DNA of 64,000 nucleotides from Desulfomonilia bacterium (GCA_050014195.1 JBEKDT010000001.1:64001-128000), one strand, 5' to 3'; positions 38,767 to 49,099 are shown, counted from the stretch's first letter. Notes: generated by a model from the sequence alone, not told the origin. Numbers and translations: made by a program.

Positions 38767-38939
38767 TTTAATGGATTTCATAGGAGGCGGTTCTCTGTTC
38801 CCTGTAAGAAGTCGAGGAAGTGCTTGTAGTTGCTGTTGAATCTCAGCGGTGTGGAGTATCATATTAGTAATGAAGAGTAAAAGTGCAGTATAGTTATTGT
38901 TGAGCTACTCAATAATCCTATGAAATTAGGTAGAAACTG

Positions 38940-39719
38940 ATGTCAAATGGCAATTTGAGTGCAAACTCACTTTTTCATTTTACAAATACACTAGATAAAT
39001 TACAAAGCATTTTGATCGATGGTTTTTGGCCCAGATACTCTCTTGAGACTTGGGATATTATTATTGATAACCCTATGGAATATGCATTTCCAATGGTTTG
39101 TTTTTGCGATATTCCGTTAACGCAAACAAGAAAACACACAGATCTTTACGGGCAATATGGCATAGGTTTAGATAAACGCTGGGGCATTAGAAAAGGCATC
39201 ACGCCGGTATTATATGCATATAAGGGCTCCAGAACCACTGCTCTGCTTGCAGCAATATATGATGATATGATTAATAAAGATAAATTAGTTCCTTTGGATG
39301 AGAAACTTCACAAAGATTTTATGGATTTTATTATGTTCACAAAGCCATATAGTGGCCCTATATGGCGTGATGGCAACTATATCCCTGGCGAAATAAGGTT
39401 TTACGATGAAAGAGAGTGGCGCTATATTCCAGACATTATAATGACAGAAGGAATAAGTTTATTATACGTGAATAATGCTATCTATAAACATGAATTTTTG
39501 AATGATCAATATCGAGAGAGCCAAGAAAAATTGCTACAACCTTATAATCTTGTCTTTTTTCCAGAGGATATCCGTTACATTATAGTTAGCAGCGAAGCCG
39601 AGATGTTATCTCTTTTTACTTTTCTTGATAGTGAATTGACACATAAATATAATGAGTTAGATTTGCAACTTCTTAAAACGAAAATTATTTCGGTTGAACA
39701 AATTGTTTCAGACTTTTAA
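38940..39719 (+). CDS. AbiGi-family abortive infection protein
   Basis: LSANSLFHFT, FWPRYSLE, PMVCFCDIPL, YGQYGIGL, FYDEREWRY. Confidence 0.85.
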   Translation: MSNGNLSANSLFHFTNTLDKLQSILIDGFWPRYSLETWDIIIDNPMEYAFPMVCFCDIPLTQTRKHTDLYGQYGIGLDKRWGIRKGITPVLYAYKGSRTTALLAAIYDDMINKDKLVPLDEKLHKDFMDFIMFTKPYSGPIWRDGNYIPGEIRFYDEREWRYIPDIIMTEGISLLYVNNAIYKHEFLNDQYRESQEKLLQPYNLVFFPEDIRYIIVSSEAEMLSLFTFLDSELTHKYNELDLQLLKTKIISVEQIVSDF

Positions 39720-40091
39720 TTAAATACATTAACTGTGATTTAATACAAATGGTCGTCAACAAAGGCATTCTCTCTAATTCAAAAAGTTGGCGCTTTTGTC
39801 TAGATAATGCCCGTCATTCAGCAGAGGCAGAGGAGTAATAATGTTTTCATCGAAAATGGTTTTGAGTTTTCCGTGTGAAGGGGGGATGTTTTATCTTCTT
39901 AATCAACACCTTTCCTGTCCGATGATCCCGTGACACATCTCCATTCCAAGTTAATAAGACCATTTACAGAGATTTGTTTCTCAGAACAGTTAGTAGAGAT
40001 CTTCGAATGAAACCTTCAAAATTGGTAAATAGTTGCTGATGGTAGGTTCAAAGAGATGAAAAAGAAAAGTGATATCTGATATCCAAATTAA

Positions 40092-43000
40092 TTATACTGG
40101 TGGTTTTTGAAAATTAATCCCAAAAACACGTAAGTCTTTATTATAATTCTGATGCTTTACCTCAGCGTCAGCGATCTTTTCAAGATGATGTACAAGTTCA
40201 TCATATGACAATCTCATGTTACTTTTATCATCGACCCAATGTTGTTTGTTGCCTTTACCTATATATCCCAAGACATAAACACCAAAGTTTGAATCTGGTG
40301 CTCGAAGATACTTTCCAAGCAATTGATCTATTAATCCTTTATTAAGTTGATCTAGAGACCAATTTTCTGCCCATTTAATTTCTATGGATACAGGTCCCAT
40401 ACCTGGAGCCTCGATGCGTAAATCAGGTTGTTGTTCTAAATCTATTTCCTCTTCTTGAGTTACAGTATAACGACCTCTTGATTTATTACGAAGTTGTCTT
40501 GCTAACCAACTTCGCAATACTGATTCCTCATCATCAATGTGTAGATCATAACGAGAACTAATGTCACCTCGCTCCACCTCGTCTTTGATAGAGAAAAATC
40601 TTTTACATGCTATTTTAAAAAGCTCATAATCTGATTGAGGAGATACCTCGTGTTCATGCATAAAATCCTGAATGTCTTTAGGTTGCCATGGTATTAATTC
40701 GGATGATAGTTCGATCCTCTTTTCGATAAGGTGAAAAATATAATCACGGTAAATGCTAAAAATCGGATCTCCCAGAAATGAACGCAACACATTATCCACT
40801 TCGGGATCTGATAAACGAGAAAACCGTTCAATTAGACTATTTCTAAAATCTTGAGCATGATCACGTGACGTGAGAGTGTATACACCTCCATTTGTTCTAT
40901 CAAGATCATCTTCAAATCTTATATAATGAAATACCATCGGTATGAATTCTTGTAAAAATTCAGTCTTTAAATAATCTGGGTTTTCAATCAAAGGATAACT
41001 TAATTTTGAATGTGTGCTTAGCCCATTACAGATTTCTATAATAAGGTTGGAAGGTTCTTGTATTTGAGTGAGTATATTCTTTAAGGTTGTAATTGCAGAA
41101 ACTGAATCGAGTTGGATCCACACTATCATCCAAAGAACAAATCGAGGGTCATTAATCTGATAATTAGCTATACGTTGAGAAGCAAGGGTACTTAGGGGCA
41201 GTCGTGGAGGATCAGATAGTCTCAAGAGAATAAAGATAGCTGTTTCTAAAACATCGTAATGTGGGGGGTCATTAATCTGTAGGTTTTTTAATATATCAAC
41301 TGCTACTAAAGATCCCACACCTCCCGTATCATATTTTAAAGAACTTAATACCTGATTAAAATGTTCATGATCAGCTGGGATCAGCCACTCTCCATGTATA
41401 CATTCATTTAACACGGCCCGTACAATATCTGGATGATATTTGGCTAGCTCTAGCAACCAATCTGAGAAGCCATTGAGCTCATTCAGTGCATACCTACATG
41501 CAAGATCTGCCTCTGTAGGAGTTATGATACTGAAGTCTAGACTTCCATCAGCTAACGAACTCTTAATACCGCTCAAGCCAATAATGACACGATAATCTGT
41601 TCTATTTGTATTTGCTTTTTCATGAGGTAATGGAGGTTTCCATTGATGCCAAACAACTTTCCATCCAGTGATGGCAGCTCGTGCAATAAGGCCACCTCTT
41701 TTTCTTATTAGTATATGCGCACTATCTGCCCCAAATTGATTCATATTTTCAGTTGCTTCGATAGCAAGTCTATAGAGAGCAAAAATAGCTGTTCCATTAC
41801 GTAGGTTTTGATGGTTCCAGTAAAGCCACATTTTATCGCGTAACTTCGAATAACATTGTCTAATCATATTTTTTGAATTTCTGACTATTTGCTCTATGCT
41901 GTAGATTTTGTGGCGATAGAAAAAAAATCTGATCTTATTTGATATCTTAATGGTAGATTCTTTTTTAAATAGGCGGACAAGCTCATGATCGCACTTGATC
42001 GCACTTTTAAATAATTTCCGAACAGAGCGCTTCCTTCCTGACTGTAGCCATAGATAAACTGCAATTTCCAGAGCAATGTTTTTAATTTCTTGCGAAGAAC
42101 CTTCTTGAATATCTTTAATGAGCCATTCTATATCAGCCTCCCGCAGTTGGACCATATCAAAGTGGTACAAAACTAAAGACGGTGATAGTTCATCAGCTGG
42201 TTTTGTATGATTCATTTGGTTGATACATTCCCACACATAGGCACGCCGCACAGTAGGATGTTTATCAAGAAGAGTATTGAAATTGCCAGATAGATCACGA
42301 TCAAGTTTGCCACACTTCTGAAAAATGCCAAGTAACCAAAGAGCTCTTGCAGCTATACCCATATCATGGTCATCTAGTTGTTGCCAGTGCAGAAGACTAA
42401 TTAGGACCACGGGTATCACTTCGCCAAGCCAATAAAACTGTTCAGAGATAGGAGTTTCTTTATTAGCATAATGAAGATGTGGGGTTTTTTGAGCAAGATC
42501 TATCAACACCTGTAACATTTCTGAAGCTTGTTTGATCGGAAGATGGTCCTGTAGGTGCTTTTTAAGATACCATGGCAGATCAACAAATCGGCTTGCTACT
42601 CTCTCAGCCTTGCATAGAAGAGTGGATAACCCCTTAGGGTCTAAAACATAAGGATAGATTGTCTCACAGATTAATGAACATAAGTGGGTCTCAAACGTAT
42701 TATACTTATTCGCTATTTCTGCCAGTTTTTCTCGTGCATTTTGATCTCCTATATCCCGGATAGCAGCAACCGCATAAGATTTTAGTGTACCAGGTTCATC
42801 TGGCGAATCGACTATGTCTAAGACGACATCGAGGCAATCCAAGAGTTTTCCATGTCGAATCATTTGGATGAGCATGATTCTTATTTCTAGTGGGTTTGTC
42901 CGCTCTCTCAACATAGTTGAGAGCTGGGGAGCCATTTTTTGATCAGCCATGCGGCTTAAAGCTTCGTCTTCTGTGTCTACATATATCCGCTCTCGTCCAC

Positions 43001-44378
43001 GGAAACGAGTGATAAGGTTTTGTAAGAGAGCCTCTCTATATTCAACAGGTAGAGATTCAGCATCTCCGAGTGTCAAGAATAAATCGGGAGCAGTATCTAG
43101 AATCTGTTTACGAAGTCTCAAGTTCCAACTCTCAGTTCCTAGTGCAAGCCAAGCCGCAAATGGCTTAAGGCTAGGACGGATAATTCTATGCCCGTCACGA
43201 CAAGCGAAAAGCAGGACTTCTAGGTCGGGATAAGGGCAGCCCTCCTTCATGCGTTGCTCCAGCCACGATGCCCCTATGTATTCAGCCATACGACGATGGT
43301 GGAATCGTATACGCCCATAGCTCGCTGAATCGAATACAGGACGATTGAGTATAGCCCTGCACATAGCCGGGGTCCATTCAGTAGGCAAACATTGTTCAGC
43401 AACTAATGCACCGCTTGTATCAGTTACAGGAATATTATCAGGGACAAAAAAATTGAAACACCTACATAGATGTACAGCCGCACCTAGACATTCTGCTCCA
43501 AGACGAGATTGTTGCGGAGAAAGAGGATCGTTCTGTATACGATCTGAGGTCTCTCTGAGCTTATTCGTAAGGTTGAATTCAATTAATTCGGATAGAGTTC
43601 CAAATTGGCCATGTTCATGCCAATAGTTGATAAGGACGGCTATATCATTTGGGCGACGAACGAATTCCCAAGCGTGATGGGTATCTATTTCATCTATAAA
43701 AGCTTCAGGATTCTCTAATCCAACTCCTTCTGCAAACGTTCGTACTCGAGAATGGTCCAACGGCATTATTTGGACAACACGAAATTCAGGAGTTTTAACA
43801 ATACCTTCTCCTTCTTCATTAGTTCTCCTCGTGGAAGTGCTACCAAATCGTTGAAGAAGTTCCTCCCGATCCGCATGAACCCGCCATTCAGTTATTCTTG
43901 AACTTATAACAATACGTATTAATCGAGCTTGTTTTGTTCCAACTCCACGTACAAAGTTATCTAAAGCCTGGGCAAAATCTTTTTGTTTTCTAAATTTTGT
44001 CTCATCCACAGAATCTAAAAAAAATATAATCTCACCACCAAGTTTTTCCCATTTTGAAAATTGTTCTATGTCGTTAGAAAGTAAGGATTCTTCTATATTA
44101 GTAGATTCTACCAGGCGGTCCAAATGGATGAAGAATGAAAAGTGTTGCTTTCGCGATAATATGTTGGCTTGGTTACGTAATTCCCATGTCTTCCCGCTGC
44201 CTGCCTCACCTAATATGACCACAATGCGGCTTTCATAAATATCTTTCCATCCAAGCCCTGACTCTTGCCCAGAAAGTAACGATGTGTAACTATGGAATGC
44301 AGCATCTTCATTCTCATTCAATTCTGTAATATCTTGAAAGCGCCTATCTAACTCTATGAATCGATTGAACTCTATCAA
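40092..44378 (-). CDS. STAND/NACHT-like NTPase with a C-terminal PD-(D/E)xK nuclease
   Basis: LGEAGSGKT, FFLDSVDE, ISSR, FHHR..EY; C-terminal EEE..PDLRI..IEIK..QL..Y. Confidence 0.75.
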   Translation of the reverse strand: MIEFNRFIELDRRFQDITELNENEDAAFHSYTSLLSGQESGLGWKDIYESRIVVILGEAGSGKTWELRNQANILSRKQHFSFFIHLDRLVESTNIEESLLSNDIEQFSKWEKLGGEIIFFLDSVDETKFRKQKDFAQALDNFVRGVGTKQARLIRIVISSRITEWRVHADREELLQRFGSTSTRRTNEEGEGIVKTPEFRVVQIMPLDHSRVRTFAEGVGLENPEAFIDEIDTHHAWEFVRRPNDIAVLINYWHEHGQFGTLSELIEFNLTNKLRETSDRIQNDPLSPQQSRLGAECLGAAVHLCRCFNFFVPDNIPVTDTSGALVAEQCLPTEWTPAMCRAILNRPVFDSASYGRIRFHHRRMAEYIGASWLEQRMKEGCPYPDLEVLLFACRDGHRIIRPSLKPFAAWLALGTESWNLRLRKQILDTAPDLFLTLGDAESLPVEYREALLQNLITRFRGRERIYVDTEDEALSRMADQKMAPQLSTMLRERTNPLEIRIMLIQMIRHGKLLDCLDVVLDIVDSPDEPGTLKSYAVAAIRDIGDQNAREKLAEIANKYNTFETHLCSLICETIYPYVLDPKGLSTLLCKAERVASRFVDLPWYLKKHLQDHLPIKQASEMLQVLIDLAQKTPHLHYANKETPISEQFYWLGEVIPVVLISLLHWQQLDDHDMGIAARALWLLGIFQKCGKLDRDLSGNFNTLLDKHPTVRRAYVWECINQMNHTKPADELSPSLVLYHFDMVQLREADIEWLIKDIQEGSSQEIKNIALEIAVYLWLQSGRKRSVRKLFKSAIKCDHELVRLFKKESTIKISNKIRFFFYRHKIYSIEQIVRNSKNMIRQCYSKLRDKMWLYWNHQNLRNGTAIFALYRLAIEATENMNQFGADSAHILIRKRGGLIARAAITGWKVVWHQWKPPLPHEKANTNRTDYRVIIGLSGIKSSLADGSLDFSIITPTEADLACRYALNELNGFSDWLLELAKYHPDIVRAVLNECIHGEWLIPADHEHFNQVLSSLKYDTGGVGSLVAVDILKNLQINDPPHYDVLETAIFILLRLSDPPRLPLSTLASQRIANYQINDPRFVLWMIVWIQLDSVSAITTLKNILTQIQEPSNLIIEICNGLSTHSKLSYPLIENPDYLKTEFLQEFIPMVFHYIRFEDDLDRTNGGVYTLTSRDHAQDFRNSLIERFSRLSDPEVDNVLRSFLGDPIFSIYRDYIFHLIEKRIELSSELIPWQPKDIQDFMHEHEVSPQSDYELFKIACKRFFSIKDEVERGDISSRYDLHIDDEESVLRSWLARQLRNKSRGRYTVTQEEEIDLEQQPDLRIEAPGMGPVSIEIKWAENWSLDQLNKGLIDQLLGKYLRAPDSNFGVYVLGYIGKGNKQHWVDDKSNMRLSYDELVHHLEKIADAEVKHQNYNKDLRVFGINFQKPPV

Positions 44379-44403
44379 TTTCTGCTCCTAATTGAAAACA
44401 TTA

Positions 44404-45321
44404 TTAAGTTTGATTGCCTTGAAAATGCCTTGGGTTCATCGCCCCCCTCATATCATCAGCAATTTCCAAACAGTTGGTATGGGTTATAAGGTTATTGTTA
44501 TGTACAAGGAAAAACTCAAGTTCGAAGTCGGAGGGGTAACTTTTATGATGTTTCCACAAAAAAAGTATTCCATGTATTGTGGAACGGAACATAGAGAACT
44601 TAGCAACAAACTCATGGATTAACGCAGGGTGATCATGTCGATCTTCCTGAAAAAGACCAAAAATATCTCTGCGTGCAAACTCGGGAACCATGGGATCACC
44701 ATAAGTGACGAGCATACAATCAAAATGGTCAATCATACCAAGGTGGAGATCAGAGACCTCAACAACGATTATATTGTAGTCATCTGGCCCACCCAGGGAA
44801 AACTTTATCAGATTTCCTTCGGAGTCCTGTGCTTTGGAGAGAATCAAGCGCTGCAGCCTAAGCGTGTCTGCACGGTCATCATTTCCCCCAAGGTGGACTT
44901 CGTAGAAGTTGGATTGACCAAGTTGTTCATCAATAAGATCTGTAATAGCGAGACGCTGGTTAACTTGCCGCATCTCCATGTAAAGATTTTTCCCAGATGG
45001 GATTCTTCTGTAGAAATCAATTGTCATTTCATCATCAGATCTACATCGTACCTCATAGTTTAAGGGTTTGTTGGCTGATTCAAATTGATAGGCGAACGTA
45101 GCTTCTAGAATAAGACTATGTAGATTTGCCTTGTTATTGGCTGCAAAAAGATTAGATAACAACTTTGAAAAACGGCTGGCCTGACGAAGCAAGAGTAGCT
45201 TCCTTGCTAGCGGAAATAAGATGATCTCAGGCTCCTCTATCGAATGACCGGAAGCAGCAAATGAGGCTGCCAATTTTGGAAGCAGTGTGTCTATAAGAAC
45301 CTCCTTATTTCGACATATCAA
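44404..45321 (-). CDS. Hypothetical protein (possible degenerate restriction-endonuclease fold)
   Basis: Long ORF coupled to its neighbours; E..A...YE...IDF...ME pattern is only weakly nuclease-like. Confidence 0.6.
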   Translation of the reverse strand: MICRNKEVLIDTLLPKLAASFAASGHSIEEPEIILFPLARKLLLLRQASRFSKLLSNLFAANNKANLHSLILEATFAYQFESANKPLNYEVRCRSDDEMTIDFYRRIPSGKNLYMEMRQVNQRLAITDLIDEQLGQSNFYEVHLGGNDDRADTLRLQRLILSKAQDSEGNLIKFSLGGPDDYNIIVVEVSDLHLGMIDHFDCMLVTYGDPMVPEFARRDIFGLFQEDRHDHPALIHEFVAKFSMFRSTIHGILFLWKHHKSYPSDFELEFFLVHNNNLITHTNCLEIADDMRGAMNPRHFQGNQT

Positions 45322-45554
45322 GGGGCATCTGGTGAACTTGACCGAACAACGACACCTGTTTGCACAATCTGGTACACACCTTTCTGTAGCAAGTTTACCA
45401 CCATACCATCGGAAGTACGTAACTCCTTAACCCCTTCAGTAACAGCGTTTGGATTTTCGAAGCTACTGGCGTCGAGAAGATCAGTGTAAATATAGATGGT
45501 GTATTGACGTCCATCGTCTCCCTTGGCTTTGATACTTTCAGTCTTTCTCTTCAT
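45318..45554 (-). CDS. Small hypothetical protein
   Basis: GAGGAG RBS before MKRKTE; stop overlaps the next start. Confidence 0.6.
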   Translation of the reverse strand: MKRKTESIKAKGDDGRQYTIYIYTDLLDASSFENPNAVTEGVKELRTSDGMVVNLLQKGVYQIVQTGVVVRSSSPDAP

Positions 45555-45717
45555 AAGAGTGTCTCCTCTGACAAACAATACTATACTACAATATTATAAT
45601 TCTCAAATTTAAGATAATGTGAAGATCTTGTGCCATACTCAACGCTATGATTAAACTGGATAATTACATTGATAATCTTCAAAAGTTAACAAGTCAGGGG
45701 GCTGTTAATTTCTATAA

Positions 45718-45927
45718 TTATAGTTGTTTCTCAATCCACTGCAAGGCATCATTGGGGCTATCAAAAACCTTAGCGGCCCGCTCTTCTTCTCCACCCTTAT
45801 CGATTGCTGCCTGATACTTATCACCGGACAAACCCTTTTGTTTATGGATATGACCAATGAGGATATTATTCTTATAAACTTTAAATGAAGCGCCATCACT
45901 AGATGTAGATTTCAATGCGATCATCAC
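45718..45927 (-). CDS. Small hypothetical protein
   Basis: 69-aa ORF at the end of the trb operon. Confidence 0.5.
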   Translation of the reverse strand: MMIALKSTSSDGASFKVYKNNILIGHIHKQKGLSGDKYQAAIDKGGEEERAAKVFDSPNDALQWIEKQL

Positions 45928-45936
45928 TGCCCATTC

Positions 45937-46317
45937 TTATGTGCGAGGTATAGAAACAAATCTTATGGCCCTTAGAATAACAACTCCTTTGATTATCATC
46001 AAGATGCCAATGAGGTTTACCAAACATCCAAGTACTATCAGCCATGTCGTAGAACCCAATATCACAAAAATACCGCAAGCAAACACAAGAATCCCGGCTA
46101 GTAGATGAAGTATATAGGACTGGTGCCATATGATCTGCTTCGAGATATTGTAACAGGCATATGGAATGATAAGCCCACACCGAAAGAACCCAGCAACAGT
46201 CACCTGGTCTCCATTACTTACAACCGGAGGTTCTCCTGATAGTACCTTTACAAAACAGTCTCCAACCTTGAATAGATTATACTTGGCTTCAGAGGCGCTC
46301 CCTTCACGCTTTACCAC
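45937..46317 (-). CDS. Hypothetical membrane protein
   Basis: Two C-terminal TM helices; abuts the trbB stop. Confidence 0.55.
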   Translation of the reverse strand: MVKREGSASEAKYNLFKVGDCFVKVLSGEPPVVSNGDQVTVAGFFRCGLIIPYACYNISKQIIWHQSYILHLLAGILVFACGIFVILGSTTWLIVLGCLVNLIGILMIIKGVVILRAIRFVSIPRT

Positions 46318-47274
46318 TTATCCCTCCAGAAACCTCAAAATATACTCATCGTCTCTGCAGCTATCAACAGTGGCAATGCTATCAACCTTTCGCCCGTGCC
46401 CTTCTCTCTTGATGTACACCAGGACATTTACTGTTGCAGCGATCAGGCTCCGTGGCACTCCGGGTACAACCTCCTGAACCAGTTGCTCTATCCGAATGAG
46501 CCCTTCCCTTGGACCATTTGCATGGATAGTACACAGCCCACCTGGATGGCCGGTGTTCCATGCTTTCAGGAGGCCCAGGGCTTCACCACCCCGCACTTCT
46601 CCGACAATGATTCTGTCGGGTCGTAGCCGCATGGTTGCTTTCAGCAAGGTGGTGATATCTGCTGCATCACAGGTCCTCAGAGAGACACAATCCTTAACCT
46701 CGCACTGAAGTTCAAGGGTATCTTCTATGAGCACAATACGATCCTCGTATTGTGCTATCTCGGCAAGGATGGCATTAGCCAGTGTTGTCTTTCCGGAGCC
46801 GGTCCCGCCCACAACAAGGATGTTCTGTTTATCCCGGACCGCCTCTTTCAGGAAGTCGGCAGCTTCACCGATCATGATTCCCTGGCTCACATAATCATCC
46901 AGGGTGTAAACCATAAGGGCCTTTTTACGAATTGTGATGGTTGGCCTTTCAACAACCGGAGGGAGCATCCCCTGAAATCGTTCTCCTGATCCCGGAAGCT
47001 CCGCAGAGAGAATAGGGTTATCCGCATTGCATATGGTGTTCGTCTTCGAGCTGACTATCCGTATGATTCTTTCTGCATCAGCAGTGCTCATGTCCTGACC
47101 TGTATAGGACCGTCCTGAACTTAACCGGTCAACCCACAGACAACCATCAGGGTTGAGCATAATCTCGATCACATCTTTATCCTGCATAAGATCCTGAATA
47201 GTTGGGCCGAAGGAGCTCGTGAGCATGTCGTAGACCCTACTGTTCATTTGCTGTTCACGTTTTCTAAAATCCAT
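46318..47274 (-). CDS. trbB: P-type conjugative transfer ATPase TrbB (VirB11)
   Basis: EIMLNPDG, GGTGSGKTT, IEDTLEL, RLRPDRIIVGEVRG, WNTGHPGG. Confidence 0.93.
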   Translation of the reverse strand: MDFRKREQQMNSRVYDMLTSSFGPTIQDLMQDKDVIEIMLNPDGCLWVDRLSSGRSYTGQDMSTADAERIIRIVSSKTNTICNADNPILSAELPGSGERFQGMLPPVVERPTITIRKKALMVYTLDDYVSQGIMIGEAADFLKEAVRDKQNILVVGGTGSGKTTLANAILAEIAQYEDRIVLIEDTLELQCEVKDCVSLRTCDAADITTLLKATMRLRPDRIIVGEVRGGEALGLLKAWNTGHPGGLCTIHANGPREGLIRIEQLVQEVVPGVPRSLIAATVNVLVYIKREGHGRKVDSIATVDSCRDDEYILRFLEG

Positions 47275-47287
47275 ATGAGCAGCTCCT

Positions 47288-49075
47288 TTAACACACAGCT
47301 TGTGAGATGCTTTCTTCTTCTCCGGCAGGAGAGGACTTCTCAACCTTTTCAACCTTCGGTGTAGGTTTCAAAAGGAGATTTTCCCTCATAACAAACACCG
47401 GTGCTTTATCCGGATAAATCTTGTATTTGAAAGTGCTTATCAGTGGATCATACGACTTGAACCTTACTATGGCTGTAAGGTCAGTGAGTTTCATGAGTTC
47501 TGCGGGCAGGAAGAGACTTTCTCTCTTTGTCCGCTCAGCCAGGGAAGTCCCATCCCGATTATCGTTCACACCCATGGACCGGGTCTTGTTCATTTCAATA
47601 TATTCTGTTTCACTCAAGATATCGGTGCTGATCCTTGCAGATATCGGGTCATCCACGTTAAACATAATCTTATTTCCACAGGCATTGATAATGCTCTGCC
47701 GGTGATTGACAGAATATGTCTGATCGATCTGCCCGTAGTCCTGGATGCCGATGAAGACACATCCTCCCTTGCTCCGGGCCATGGTCAGTAGCTTGACAAT
47801 CGTGGGAAGTCTCTGTAGGGTCCCAAACTCATCCAGGAAAAAAAAGATCCTCCTCTCTGTTGACTCAGACAGAGATAACACCTGCCTCCCGAGCAAATCC
47901 ACAAAGAGGGATAGGATGGGCCGGAGGGCCTCCTGAATGATCGAGTAATTTGTGATGTAGATCATGCCTTTACCATTCTGCAGCCAGTCCTTGATTTTGA
48001 ATGGGCCATCGATTTGAGACATGTACTTGAGGCCCTTTGCGTATTCCATCAAGGTTCCGAAAACTCCCAGGGCTTGGGTAGATCCAGGCAATTCAATATG
48101 TTTTGCCGCCCCTTTGCCTTCATCAATGCTCTGCAGCTTTTCTAGAACATATTCTGCCTTTGAAGTAACGATATCCCAGATATGCTTATTGTTGGTCTGA
48201 TTCTCACTGTACAGGTAATGAAGAATCCCAGCAAAAACATCCCGCGCCGCATCCGGGAAGAATGTATCCATCTGTGAGATGGAATGAGGAATAAGGGAAG
48301 TTGCCATGGCATCAATATCCATAGGGGTCTCGATCTCGTTGAAAAGATTCCAACCAACGGATCTTGCATCGAGGGGATTGAAGATGATGTCCTTTTCCTC
48401 GTCATAGAATCTTCTGAGATAATCGCCTTTGAAGTCATAGATGATTGCCTGTGCATTCCGTTTCTTCAAGTCTTCAATGATCTGGGCTGCACAATTTGTT
48501 TTTCCAGCTCCTGGTCCCCCGATAATAAACGTGTGCCTTGGTTCTAAAGATTTGGGCATACGGACACTGCCAATATGCAGTCCGGGCTCATCTTTCCTTT
48601 TCTTCACTTCATAATTGAATTCTTGAATCGTACTGAGTCTTGATCCTCGGATATGTCTCCGGTCAGACTGATACTTTGCCTTGTCATGAAAGAACATCCA
48701 GGTCGGGATATAAAAAATGTACACAGATGAACACCAGAAGAAGATGTTACGCATGGTATGAAATATGTAGATTGAATAAGTTCGCAGGGGAGCACAGGCT
48801 GCGATTCTCTGGGCAGGGGCATATACTATTGTGCCATTAGGGTTTATGAACTTCAATCTTGCTGTCGGCCACATGATGTATGCAAAGAGCCATTGAGAGG
48901 CTGAACGGATTGAGGCCTTATCGATTTTGTACCAGCAGGCGAGGAAGAACAGCAGTACATGGAAGCAGAAGAGTATGGTTATAATCTTGGTATGCATCTG
49001 GATGGACATGCGGACTTGGTTCCACCAGGTTTCGAACCCTTCATAGCTCTGGCTTTGTACCGGGTATTTTTTCAT
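47288..49075 (-). CDS. Type IV coupling protein (TraD/TrwB-like)
   Basis: N-terminal TMs, GGPGAGKT, IYDFKG, FNPLDARS, FFLDEFGTL. Confidence 0.88.
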   Translation of the reverse strand: MKKYPVQSQSYEGFETWWNQVRMSIQMHTKIITILFCFHVLLFFLACWYKIDKASIRSASQWLFAYIMWPTARLKFINPNGTIVYAPAQRIAACAPLRTYSIYIFHTMRNIFFWCSSVYIFYIPTWMFFHDKAKYQSDRRHIRGSRLSTIQEFNYEVKKRKDEPGLHIGSVRMPKSLEPRHTFIIGGPGAGKTNCAAQIIEDLKKRNAQAIIYDFKGDYLRRFYDEEKDIIFNPLDARSVGWNLFNEIETPMDIDAMATSLIPHSISQMDTFFPDAARDVFAGILHYLYSENQTNNKHIWDIVTSKAEYVLEKLQSIDEGKGAAKHIELPGSTQALGVFGTLMEYAKGLKYMSQIDGPFKIKDWLQNGKGMIYITNYSIIQEALRPILSLFVDLLGRQVLSLSESTERRIFFFLDEFGTLQRLPTIVKLLTMARSKGGCVFIGIQDYGQIDQTYSVNHRQSIINACGNKIMFNVDDPISARISTDILSETEYIEMNKTRSMGVNDNRDGTSLAERTKRESLFLPAELMKLTDLTAIVRFKSYDPLISTFKYKIYPDKAPVFVMRENLLLKPTPKVEKVEKSSPAGEEESISQAVC

Positions 49076-49099
49076 AACATTCCATTCCTCCTTTGCAGA

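Noticed and set aside
40040-40055. GGTTCAAA as a possible att copy of the tRNA 3' end
   Set aside because: The match is too short and does not extend to TCCTCCCCCCGCTACCA
13449-45640. GTGCCA motifs as sigma54 promoters (TGGCAC on the minus strand)
   Set aside because: None has the required TTGC -12 box at the right spacing; decayed sigma54 sites cannot be fully excluded
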